Below are positions 22,135-31,305 of a stretch of DNA of 64,000 nucleotides, in pieces. This DNA is from Diplonema japonicum. Taxonomy: Eukaryota; Protista; Euglenozoa: Diplonemea. The stretch covers positions 62,001-126,000 of the forward strand of contig OZ025677.1 of the NCBI GenBank assembly GCA_964019335.1, in the 5' to 3' direction. Position numbers and translations under genes: made by a program. The stretch's first letter is position 1, and each line of letters opens with the position of its first letter. The notes under the pieces are model-generated. The model was not told the DNA's origin. It searched no databases and worked only from the letters and a program-made list of their open reading frames with translations.

Positions 22135-23265
22135 TCACTCTTCCTTGTCGCCTGTCTCTGGTTCTACCCACGGAGGGGGGAGCTCCGATGTGAACGGAAG
22201 ATCCAGGCATCTATGATGCCTCTCCACAATTTGTTCATACACATTCAACAGAATCCTTCCGGGACCAAGTGCCTTAGACGAAGGATCCCGTATCGCAGCC
22301 TCAATGCTCTGCGCCAGCTGCCTCTTACCATGAAACCCCTTAAGCAGCTGCATACACGGCTTCAACGCTGCATTACACATCCCGGGGTTGCAAGGGGTAC
22401 GGATCCCATTCAAAGGCATATCAACAAGATGCTCTGCATAAGCCTCAAGAACGGACCCCCTACTTGTGTAAAGAGATGTTGAGGGGCCGCCGAAAAAAAC
22501 TTGTTCCACTTCATGAAAGGAAGCAGGATCTGACATAGCAAGGCGACCGTACATCACGCCCGTTAGGTTCCGCGGGCTGGCCCTCAACACATCGACACCC
22601 GCCTGTAAAGAGTTGAGGCCGCCATTTAAAGTAAAATTCAGGTCAGGCCGCTGCTCAGCTAGCCAATACACTCTCTCGTAATTTAAAGGTGGAATGGACC
22701 TGTTCTGAGCAGGAGAGAGGCCTTTCAGCCAGGCCTTCCGAGCATGAATGTAGTAATGGTCGCAGCCCGATTCAGAAATTGTGTTTATGAAATTTAAAAT
22801 ATATTCTGGTGTGTCGAAATCATCCACGCCAAGCCGGGTTTTCACAGTGACGGGTATGGTGACGCTGGATTTCATGGATTTTAAGCAGGCTCGGACAAGA
22901 TCGGGGTTTTTCATTAATGAAGCACCGAATTCACCTTTGCACGCAACGCGGTTTGAAGGGCAGCCCACGTTTAGGTTTATTTCGTCGTAGCCCCAGGCCT
23001 CCACTATGGAGGCAGCTTCGGCAAGGCGGGTTGGGTCGCTACCGCCTAATTGGAATACGGTCCTTCCTTCACCCTCGCGTTTTCCCAGGAGCCATGCCAT
23101 TTTTGCCGGGTCATCCTTGTTGTATAAAATCGCATCGTCCTTTATCATCTCGGACCAGACCACCACCCTCGGGGAGATAAGCTTCATGAACGTTCTGAAG
23201 TACCTGTTGGAGACATCCACCATAGGGGCAATGTGTACTTGTATCTCTTCCGTTTTGCCTTTCAT
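22135..23265 (-). CDS. dusA: tRNA-dihydrouridine(20/20a) synthase, DusA type
   Basis: APMVD..RYFR, QLGGSDP, GYDEINLNVGCPS, FGASLM, TVKTRLG, and HARKAWLKGLSPAQNRSIPPLNYERVY (DusA-diagnostic segment). Confidence 0.93.
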   Translation of the reverse strand: MKGKTEEIQVHIAPMVDVSNRYFRTFMKLISPRVVVWSEMIKDDAILYNKDDPAKMAWLLGKREGEGRTVFQLGGSDPTRLAEAASIVEAWGYDEINLNVGCPSNRVACKGEFGASLMKNPDLVRACLKSMKSSVTIPVTVKTRLGVDDFDTPEYILNFINTISESGCDHYYIHARKAWLKGLSPAQNRSIPPLNYERVYWLAEQRPDLNFTLNGGLNSLQAGVDVLRASPRNLTGVMYGRLAMSDPASFHEVEQVFFGGPSTSLYTSRGSVLEAYAEHLVDMPLNGIRTPCNPGMCNAALKPCMQLLKGFHGKRQLAQSIEAAIRDPSSKALGPGRILLNVYEQIVERHHRCLDLPFTSELPPPWVEPETGDKEE

Positions 23266-23773
23266 TTTTTTTTTTTCCTGTTTTTATCTAAATATATTTT
23301 GTTGAGTTTTTTTATTTGAATGATTAAAAGAATGAAAAAAGAAAAAAAAAAGAAAACGTTTTTTTTTGGGGGGGGTTTGTTCTCCTATTTTTTTTTTTCT
23401 TTCTCTCTCCTTTTTTTTTTTTTTAAAGCACGATTTTAATGACCTTGTGTGTGTTGGGAAAGGGTAACAGGAAAAAAAAAAAAGAAACAAAAAAAGTGAG
23501 GGGGGGAATAAACAGATTAGATCCACTTCCCCCTTTGAAAGAACGAGTGTTTTTTTTTTTTTTTTAAACTTGTCCAAGCAAGAAGAAAAAAAAAGGAAAT
23601 GGGAAACACCTGGTGTGACCACACGAAATAACGAAATGGTAGAAATTAAATTGTTGTTATGGCTTTAAAAAGAAAAAAGAAGAAGAGAAAGCTAACCACA
23701 AAAAGCAGGGAAAGGGGAGGGTTGTCGCGAATATTTTTTTTCCTATTTTTCTTTTTTCTTCCTTTTTTTGTCA

Positions 23774-23860
23774 GTGCACACGAGCGGTATTTTAACCTAA
23801 TAAAATACCTCATCACGCTGCCATCAACTAGCTTTTAGTCTCGACAACAGTATTGTAATA
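23774..23860. repeat. variant A short element, truncated at the core
   Basis: GTGCACACGAGCGGTATTTTAACCTAATAAAATA...GCTGCCATCAACTAG...TCTCGACAA; left arm absent. Confidence 0.8.
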
Positions 23861-24187
23861 ACAAAAAAAAAAAAAAAAAAGAAAACAGAAAAAAGAGGAA
23901 ATGAGGAAACATAAAAATAATTATAAAAGGGAGCTGGCCGGGTAAAACCTGGAGAAGTTTGTAAACCCGAAACACGTTGCCAACGCACCCCTTTTTATTT
24001 AAACAAGTCAAAGACTCGTTCTTGCAAAAGAAAACACACAAAAAAAAAAAGAAAAAAGAAAAAAAAGAGCCTTCACGGAGTGAAGCACGGTATCCTTCTT
24101 TCTCGCAAAAATATTTAAAAAGAAAACGAAACAAACACACGAAGAAAAGCGCAGAAAGAAGGGGGGGAAAAAAAATACCTGCTACTC

Positions 24188-25774
24188 CTATTCATCGCTC
24201 AACATCTTGTCCCAGAAGTCGCACTGGGGGTCCCTGAAGGTGGGAACGTACTTGAAACCAGTCCCGTTGTACTTGGGCTCGACATCGAGGAGGAAGTGGG
24301 AGTCGGTGGTGGGGTTGTACCTAGTCGACCACAGCCCACCAGGGGAACCCGTCACAGCGAAGTTTGTCCAGAAACCACTCACATCATCAGCAAACCCCTG
24401 CTCGAAGGGGTACTCGGGGTAGGTGAAGGGGCAATGGTCCTGGGTCGGCACACCCATACAGTCAAACACATACGGAAGATCAGCAGTGTGCGGCACGAAA
24501 GGTGCGTATGACTTGTGGTGCATCAATGTGTACACGTACACGTTGGGGTTCTTCTTGACAAGCCCGCGGGCACTGCGCCTGGACGGGCAGGTGAACATGG
24601 CATCAGTAGACGCACGCATCATCGCCCACCACCACCAGTTGTAGTCACCAAGGTTCGCAGGGTACTCATATGATGCGTTGCTGTACAGTGCCTTCACCTC
24701 AGGGAGGTAGATGGGACTCTTCAGGTACACGGAGATCATAGCGTCGAACAGCACTTCATCGCCGAAGGGCTCAGGTGCCAAGAACAGCGACATCTCATCC
24801 CTGTTGGTCCCTGCGATGATGTCCACAGGCTGCAGGTACTCACCAGCAGCGAAGGCCTCGTACGGGTACTGCGTGAAGTGCACCTTGTCAACGGTAGGCC
24901 CCCACGTGAGGTGCATGTTGCCGGATCCCATAATGCGGTTTGGTGTAGCAGACTGAAGTGTGTTCTCAAGCTGCCTCCAAGGGACCGCCTTCATGCACGC
25001 CACTGTGGTGCAGTTCGTCTTCTCCATGATACTGTTGAAGTTGTCGACAGTTCTCTCCATGGGGTTCGAGTCCCACACGGCGCCAAGCCCGCTCTGAGCA
25101 ATGGCCTTGGAGAAGAAGCCTTTGGGGGTTGTGATAGAGGTGAGGTGGCAGGCTACGGAGCCTGCCCCAGCAGACTCTCCAAAGATGGTGATGCGGCTCG
25201 GGTCCCCACCGAAGGCGGCAACATTGTCATGTGCCCATTGAATCGCCGCGCGCTGGTCGAGGAAACCCCAGTTCCCTGTTGAGCCGTCCTTTCCTGTCAT
25301 CTTGGGAGAGCCTAGGAACCCGAACACGTTGAGACGGTAGTTGATGGTGATCACAACAGCCTTGTTCGCAGAGCGCATCACCAATTGCTGGCCTTCATAA
25401 GCATCACCGCACCCGAAGTCATAGCTCCCACCGTGGATCCACAGCATCACAGCAAGGCCCTGAGGGGATCCTGCTGGCTTGTGAACGTTCAGAAACTGGC
25501 ATGTCTCCGACTCTTCGAACTCGTCCCTGATGCAGAGCGACCCGGGGCAGGTGGCCCCGTGCTTCACAGCAGGCTTCACACCGTTCCAAGCGTCCATCTT
25601 CTCGGGGACTTCCCACCTCTCAGCCTTCGCGTACTGGACACCCAGGAACGAGTCGACCATTGACCCGTTCACATTCCTCGTGATCCCCTCTACTTGACCC
25701 AAACCAGGGATGTTCACGATGGGCCCAGCTGTCACTGCTGACACCAGGCACAGCGGGAGTAGGAACTGCCGCAT
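24188..25774 (-). CDS. secreted type-B carboxylesterase/lipase (copy 1)
   Basis: Signal peptide MRQFLLPLCLVSAVTA, SETCQFLNV, WIHGG oxyanion hole, FGESAG nucleophile, GTNRDE acid, PHTAD His. Confidence 0.95.
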   Translation of the reverse strand: MRQFLLPLCLVSAVTAGPIVNIPGLGQVEGITRNVNGSMVDSFLGVQYAKAERWEVPEKMDAWNGVKPAVKHGATCPGSLCIRDEFEESETCQFLNVHKPAGSPQGLAVMLWIHGGSYDFGCGDAYEGQQLVMRSANKAVVITINYRLNVFGFLGSPKMTGKDGSTGNWGFLDQRAAIQWAHDNVAAFGGDPSRITIFGESAGAGSVACHLTSITTPKGFFSKAIAQSGLGAVWDSNPMERTVDNFNSIMEKTNCTTVACMKAVPWRQLENTLQSATPNRIMGSGNMHLTWGPTVDKVHFTQYPYEAFAAGEYLQPVDIIAGTNRDEMSLFLAPEPFGDEVLFDAMISVYLKSPIYLPEVKALYSNASYEYPANLGDYNWWWWAMMRASTDAMFTCPSRRSARGLVKKNPNVYVYTLMHHKSYAPFVPHTADLPYVFDCMGVPTQDHCPFTYPEYPFEQGFADDVSGFWTNFAVTGSPGGLWSTRYNPTTDSHFLLDVEPKYNGTGFKYVPTFRDPQCDFWDKMLSDE

Positions 25775-26207
25775 ATTGTTGAAAAGGAAGAGATCTGAAG
25801 AAGGTTAAAACAGTATTGTATCCAACAAAAAAAGAAAAGGGGAGAAAACACCGCACCCATGCAGTCTTGCAAGGGGATCGAAGAGAAAGGAAAAGGAGAA
25901 AAAGAAAATAGAAATGTCGTCGGCGGCGGAACAAGAAACACCCGAATAACCGGCCTGCTGCAACCGAGAGCTTGCGCACGAAGGAAAAGAAAAGGAGAAT
26001 CTGGAGCTGGAGAATACGTTTTTTTTTCTCTAACGATACGAAGGGGTGGTGGGGTGGGAGGGGACATGGCACACGTCGCGCCTCTCGAAAGCGCAAGGTA
26101 GCATCCATCCGTGAACATGAGATGCTTGCAACACATTGAAATGAACTACTGAAGAAACACTAGAAATGAGGATCGAAATAAGGAGCATCTCCGTATTAAA
26201 ACTATAA

Positions 26208-26303
26208 GACTAGTGCTCCATTTGCTCGTGCAGCACAAGCGTTAACTTCTTTTTTACTTAATTAACCCATTGCGCTGTCAACAGCCAGCTTCGATTCTCG
26301 AGA
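26208..26303. repeat. diverged variant A short element between the esterase paralogs
   Basis: ACTAGTGCTCCATTTG...CACAAGCG...TTTACTTAAT...CATTGCGCTGTCAACAGCCAG...TCTCGAG aligns colinearly with variant A. Confidence 0.55.
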
Positions 26304-26381
26304 AGTAAATTTGCTAAAACAAAAAGGAAAAAAAAAGAAAACCGAAAGGTACCAGAGGGGAAAATTATGCATTTAAAACAA

Positions 26382-27920
26382 TCAGTACGTCATCTTGTCC
26401 CAGAAGTCGCACTGGGGGTCCCTGAAGGTGGGAACGTACTTGAAACCAGTCCCGTTGTACTTGGGCTCGACATCGAGGAGGAAGTGGGAGTCGGTGGTGG
26501 GGTTGTACCTAGTCGACCACAGCCCACCAGGGGAACCCGTCACAGCGAAGTTTGTCCAGAAACCACTCACATCATCAGCAAACCCCTGCTCGAAGGGGTA
26601 CTCGGGGTAGGTGAAGGGGCAATGGTCCTGGGTCGGCACACCCATACAGTCAAACACATACGGAAGATCAGCAGTGTGCGGCACGAAAGGTGCGTATGAC
26701 TTGTGGTGCATCAATGTGTACACGTACACGTTGGGGTTCTTCTTGACAAGCCCGCGGGCACTGCGCCTGGACGGGCAGGTGAAGGACTGATCAGTAGTGG
26801 CACGCATGATGGCCCACCACCACCAGCTGTAGTCACCAAGGTTCGCAGGGTACTCATACGATGCGTTGCTGTACAGTGCCTTCACCTCAGGGAGGTAGAT
26901 GGGACTCTTCAGCATTGGCGTCACGACCAGATCAAACAACGCTTCATCGCCGAAGGGCTCAGGTGCCAAGAACAGCGACATCTCATCCCTGTTGGTCCCT
27001 GCGATGATGTCCACAGGCTGCAGGTATTCACCAGCATCAAACGCCGTAACAGGTGCCTTCGCCAAGTGGACGTTGTCGATGGTCGGTGCCCAACCGACAG
27101 CACCTGTCTTCTCAAGCTGCCTCCAAGGGACCGCCTTCATGCACGCCACTGTGGTGCAGTTGTTCTTCTTCATAACATTGTCGAAGGTGTTGACCGCCTG
27201 CTTCATGGGAAACGAGTCCCACGGAGCACCAAGCCCGCTCTGCCCGATTGCCTTGGAGAAGAAGCCTTTGGGGGTTGTGATAGAGGTGAGGTGGCAGGCT
27301 ACGGAGCCTGCCCCAGCAGACTCTCCAAAGATGGTGATGCGGCTCGGGTCCCCACCGAAGGCGGCAACATTGTCATGTGCCCATTGAATCGCCGCGCGCT
27401 GGTCGAGGAAACCCCAGTTCCCTGTTGAGCCGTCCTTTCCTGTCATCTTGGGAGAGCCTAGGAACCCGAACACGTTGAGACGGTAGTTGATGGTGATCAC
27501 AACAGCCTTGTTCGCAGAGCGCATCACCAATTGCTGGCCTTCATAAGCATCACCGCACCCGAAGTCGTAGTTCCCACCGTGGATCCACAGCATCACAGCA
27601 AGGCCCTGAGGGGACCCTGCTGGCTTGTGAACGTTCAGAAACTGGCATGTCTCCGACTCTTCGAACTCGTCCCTGATGCAGAGCGACCCGGGGCAGGTGG
27701 CCCCGTGCTTCACAGCAGGCTTCACACCGTTCCAAGCGTCCATCTTCTCGGGGACTTCCCACCTCTCGGCCTTCGCGTACTGGACACCCAGGAACGAGTC
27801 GACCATTGACCCATTCACATTCCTCGTGATCCCCTCTACTTGACCCAAACCAGGGATGTTCACGATGGGCCCAGCTGTCACTGCTGACACCAGGCACAGC
27901 GGGAGTAGGAACTGCCGCAT
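26382..27920 (-). CDS. secreted type-B carboxylesterase/lipase (copy 2)
   Basis: Near-identical tandem paralog of 24188-25774. True start is MRQF at 27920; catalytic triad intact. Confidence 0.95.
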   Translation of the reverse strand: MRQFLLPLCLVSAVTAGPIVNIPGLGQVEGITRNVNGSMVDSFLGVQYAKAERWEVPEKMDAWNGVKPAVKHGATCPGSLCIRDEFEESETCQFLNVHKPAGSPQGLAVMLWIHGGNYDFGCGDAYEGQQLVMRSANKAVVITINYRLNVFGFLGSPKMTGKDGSTGNWGFLDQRAAIQWAHDNVAAFGGDPSRITIFGESAGAGSVACHLTSITTPKGFFSKAIGQSGLGAPWDSFPMKQAVNTFDNVMKKNNCTTVACMKAVPWRQLEKTGAVGWAPTIDNVHLAKAPVTAFDAGEYLQPVDIIAGTNRDEMSLFLAPEPFGDEALFDLVVTPMLKSPIYLPEVKALYSNASYEYPANLGDYSWWWWAIMRATTDQSFTCPSRRSARGLVKKNPNVYVYTLMHHKSYAPFVPHTADLPYVFDCMGVPTQDHCPFTYPEYPFEQGFADDVSGFWTNFAVTGSPGGLWSTRYNPTTDSHFLLDVEPKYNGTGFKYVPTFRDPQCDFWDKMTY

Positions 27921-28569
27921 ATTAGATCTAAGAAAAAAAGACCTTGGTTTTTTTTTTTTTTTTTTTGGCACAAAGAAGGGAAATAAGAAAGAAAGAAAAG
28001 AAAAGAAAGAGGGGGGGGGGGGGGGGGGGGGTGAAGGAGAACGAAAACAACACGCGCATATTCCATCTAGTTCTTTAGGTTAGGAATACTGCCAAAAAGA
28101 AAAAGGGGGGAAAGAGGGGAAAAAAAAACGGAACATGGAGGGAGAAAGAGAGGAAAAGTGTTGTGAATAGACAGGGGGGGGGGTATGTTTTTTCATTTCC
28201 TTTTTTTTTTTTGTCTTTTCTTTCCCTCAGGAGCCACTAAGGACCTGGCTGTTCCATAACCTTGTCCACAGAGCGAATGCGGAGACTGTGGTCGGGAACA
28301 GTACTCCCGACCTACTGGGACGCTAGTGGGAGCCATACTCCCTCCTTTTCTTCTAGGGGCCAAAATGCGCAATTTCTGCCGTGTAACAATTTCACACCGA
28401 AAAAAGAAAGGGAGGGGGGGAGGAGAAAGAAAATATAGATGCGGAAAGAATGTTATCTTTCGTTGTCAAGAGAAAATATAAAAGAGAGCAAAATGGGGTG
28501 GGGGTGTGTGAAAGGAGAAAATAATTTACCATGATGATGGGGAAGCCATGCCTAATGATGCTCCCTGGG

Positions 28570-28650
28570 GCTATGTGCAAGGAAACACGTTTCTAAGCTT
28601 TTTTTTTTGAAAATAAGGACGGAAACGTTTCCCCGTTTCTTGCCAACAGG
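28570..28650. mobile_element. degraded copy of the CTATG(C/T)TGGCA MITE family
   Basis: CTATGTGCAAGGAAACACGTTTC...GGAAACGTTTCC..CGTTTCTTGCCAACA resembles 43358-43519. Confidence 0.55.
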
Positions 28651-28799
28651 GGGGGGGGGGAGCTAATACCGTATTTATAAAGATTAACTACGACTTGAAT
28701 AGCAAGACTAAAAGAAATTTGGACTTCCTCCCCCTTTTTTTTCTGAGCCTCTCAAGTGACTTGTGGCCCCGTCGATAGTAAAAGTAGAGAGGTAAAAAA

Positions 28800-29363
28800 G
28801 ATGTCTTTGAAGGGAACCTGCAGTATGTGACAGGATCGCCTAACGACAATCAACTCATCTAGTGTTTGATCCCTTCTGTCGTGGTAGTGCCTTAGGCCCG
28901 TCGTAGTATCTCATCAGCAGCTTGGGCGTGAAACCAACTAGCGAGTTGTTGAGGATGCAATGCGTGCGCATTTGTTCCTCTAGGATCGAGTGGGTGACCT
29001 TCGGGGATGCGAAGATCGGACGAGTGGAGTAGCCAGTGACGGCATGGCTGTGGAGCCCTAGGGTGCGTAGTGAGTGTACTGACTTCATAGTTTCTGCCGG
29101 AATCAGATGATTCCCCGTCCCTTTTAGATGGATCCTTTCTAAGACGCTGAGAATCCTGCCGATCCTCGCCCAGCACGCTATGTCTTCCCCATCCATGTGG
29201 AGCCTTTCCGTTGCAATGAGGTCGACTGCTAGTTCCGCCTTCGAAACTTGCCCGCCTTCCTCGCCCCATTTTAGTGTGCCGGGCAGTGCCAAATTGTATG
29301 CAGCAGGAGGTTGCTGGTCCCGCCTCTAATGTCGAAGGGTGTGTCACACCCAAGGCATTTCGT
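28800..29363 (-). mobile_element. 5'-truncated non-LTR retrotransposon (3' fragment, diverged subfamily)
   Basis: ORF 28855-29292 reads LKWGEE..VSKAELAVDL...SVHSLRTLG...GYSTRPIF...QKGSNTR, homologous to the C-terminus of 59360-60439. Confidence 0.8.
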
Positions 29364-29372
29364 AAAAAAAAA

Positions 29373-30263
29373 TTCACTATGATAGGAACGAAGTGGTTAG
29401 CAACGGCCCGCCGCGGTGGCGTGCCTACCTTATGATGCTCCCCTTTTGGGGTCGTTCCCTGCTACCCACCGTAGTGCCTAGCTGTCGCCTTGTTGTTCCG
29501 AGGGTTTGAGCCTTATGGCCGGTTCCTACGGTTACCGATCCCCACCTGTCATGGGTGGGGATCGGTACCATTCGGATGTGATTTTGGTATCGATGTTTGT
29601 GGGACCCACCCATTATCTTCACACCCCCCTTATACCCTTAAGCCCAATCCTTTCTTTCCGGTAATCTTCTCTCAGTCCTTTCAGCTTGGTCGCCGTCAGC
29701 CCCGATGCAAACAGGGCCCTCCTATCAAAGCCAACGACGTGGTCGCGGCCAATGGATCGTAGTGATCTCACGTTCTTGCATGACTGCGCCGGAAAAGCGC
29801 GCCTCCTCTTCTCCCTCATCCATGTCGCTTGCAGCGTATCCAGGATCCGCTTGATCCTCACCGCCTTCTTGTCGATGTCAATCGTCGTGTTGATGTTAAC
29901 CCCCAGCGTCTTCTTCGTGTAGCACTCGAAGTCAATCGCCAGCTCGATCGCCGACACGGACGTTCCCTCCTCCGCCCACCGCAGCGCAGCCAGCCATCTC
30001 AGCACCTGATCACCATACTCCCTGAGCTGCGGGGTCAGCTTGAGCTTGTACAGTTCCACAACCTTTGGCGCCTCGAAACGCCTTCCTTGAGTCGTCACCA
30101 CCCACGGCGGTTCCTTCTCAACCGCGAACCGCTTCACCGCCAGAGCATCGTCCCTGCGCCTCACCACCTCTGCCAAATACCTCTGCAGCCTCTCCAAACC
30201 GCGGAACACGACCTTCCTCGGGAGAATCCCGTGCAGCTCCAAACAGACCGGCCACCTTTCGCG
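29373..30263 (-). mobile_element. 5'-truncated non-LTR retrotransposon with sense-strand poly(T) tail
   Basis: LELHGILPR...LERLQRYLA...LRWAEE..VSAIELAIDFE; C-terminus QKGSIIR* at 29425; short 3' UTR followed by T9 on the sense strand. Confidence 0.88.
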
Positions 30264-30289
30264 AAAAAAAAAAAAAAAAAAAAAAAGAG

Positions 30290-30375
30290 TCGGTTGATTG
30301 TTGTTTGTGCACAGCCGGGGTTAACCTGTAGAAGGATAAGCCCAACAATGCTACCACTACTCTTTTTAGCACTGT
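30290..30375. repeat. variant D short element
   Basis: TTGTTGTTTGTGCACAGCCGGGG..AACCTGTAGAAGGATAAGCCCA.CAATG; reverse complement of 16550-16637 and colinear with variant A. Confidence 0.75.
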
Positions 30376-30918
30376 TTTTTCTTTAAAAAAAAAAAAAAAA
30401 AAAAAAAAAGTAATCTCCAGGTTCCACGTCAGTTCAGCATCGGAAAAAAGCTCGATGTTGATAAAACTGGGCATGTTTTCACCTTGTGCTAATAACCAAA
30501 TTCTAAAGTACAGCTCCATGTTGTTCTGCATTCGTCTTCCTCGTCTTTCTTTTTTTTTTTTTTTTTTTTTTTCTGTGCCAGAATTCCAGCTTTGTCCTGT
30601 TACTTGACCCTGTTTCTTGGCCTGTAAGAATTCAAATTAAAGTACTTCAGTGTTAACTGAATAGAGATCGTCTAGACGTTGGAAGTTGATGGTGTGTAAA
30701 AGAGCAATAAAAAAAAGAAAAGAAAAAAAAAAACTATACACTCACCACAGCTGCGCTTAGTCCCGCTTTGTCCCCGTTCTGGGGGCTCTGGCGGGTTCCT
30801 ACTAAGGTGGTCAACCACGGAGCAGCCTTGTCGGGGTCTGCAACAGTCGATGCTGCTCATGGTTCGCTCCGGGAGTACTGGCCTCCTGTCATACCCGTGT
30901 GTGGTCGGTTCTCCAACA

Positions 30919-30956
<38 letters not shown>

Positions 30957-31305
30957 AAAAGAAGAAGAGGAAAACCTCTAAATAGGCGATGCTTTTTGTT
31001 CAAGAATAGAAAAGGAAAAGAGAAAGAAAGAAGAGGAAGAGGAAGAGGAAGAAAAGGAGAACGAGAACGGGAAAGAAGATGAAGAGAAAGAAACTGCTTA
31101 AGAACCGCACGCCTTTCCTGTCAATTTCTGTTAATACAAAAATAAGAGATGAAGAAATTCCTCTCCTACTTCTGTTCCTTAAAAACAAAAACAAAAAGAT
31201 AAAAAGTGTGTTTCTTGGAAAAGAAACTTGTAGAAAGGGGGAAAAAAAAAAAAGAGGTTTTTACTTTGCACCCAATCTAAAACAAACCCATCGCCTCGAA
31301 AGAGT

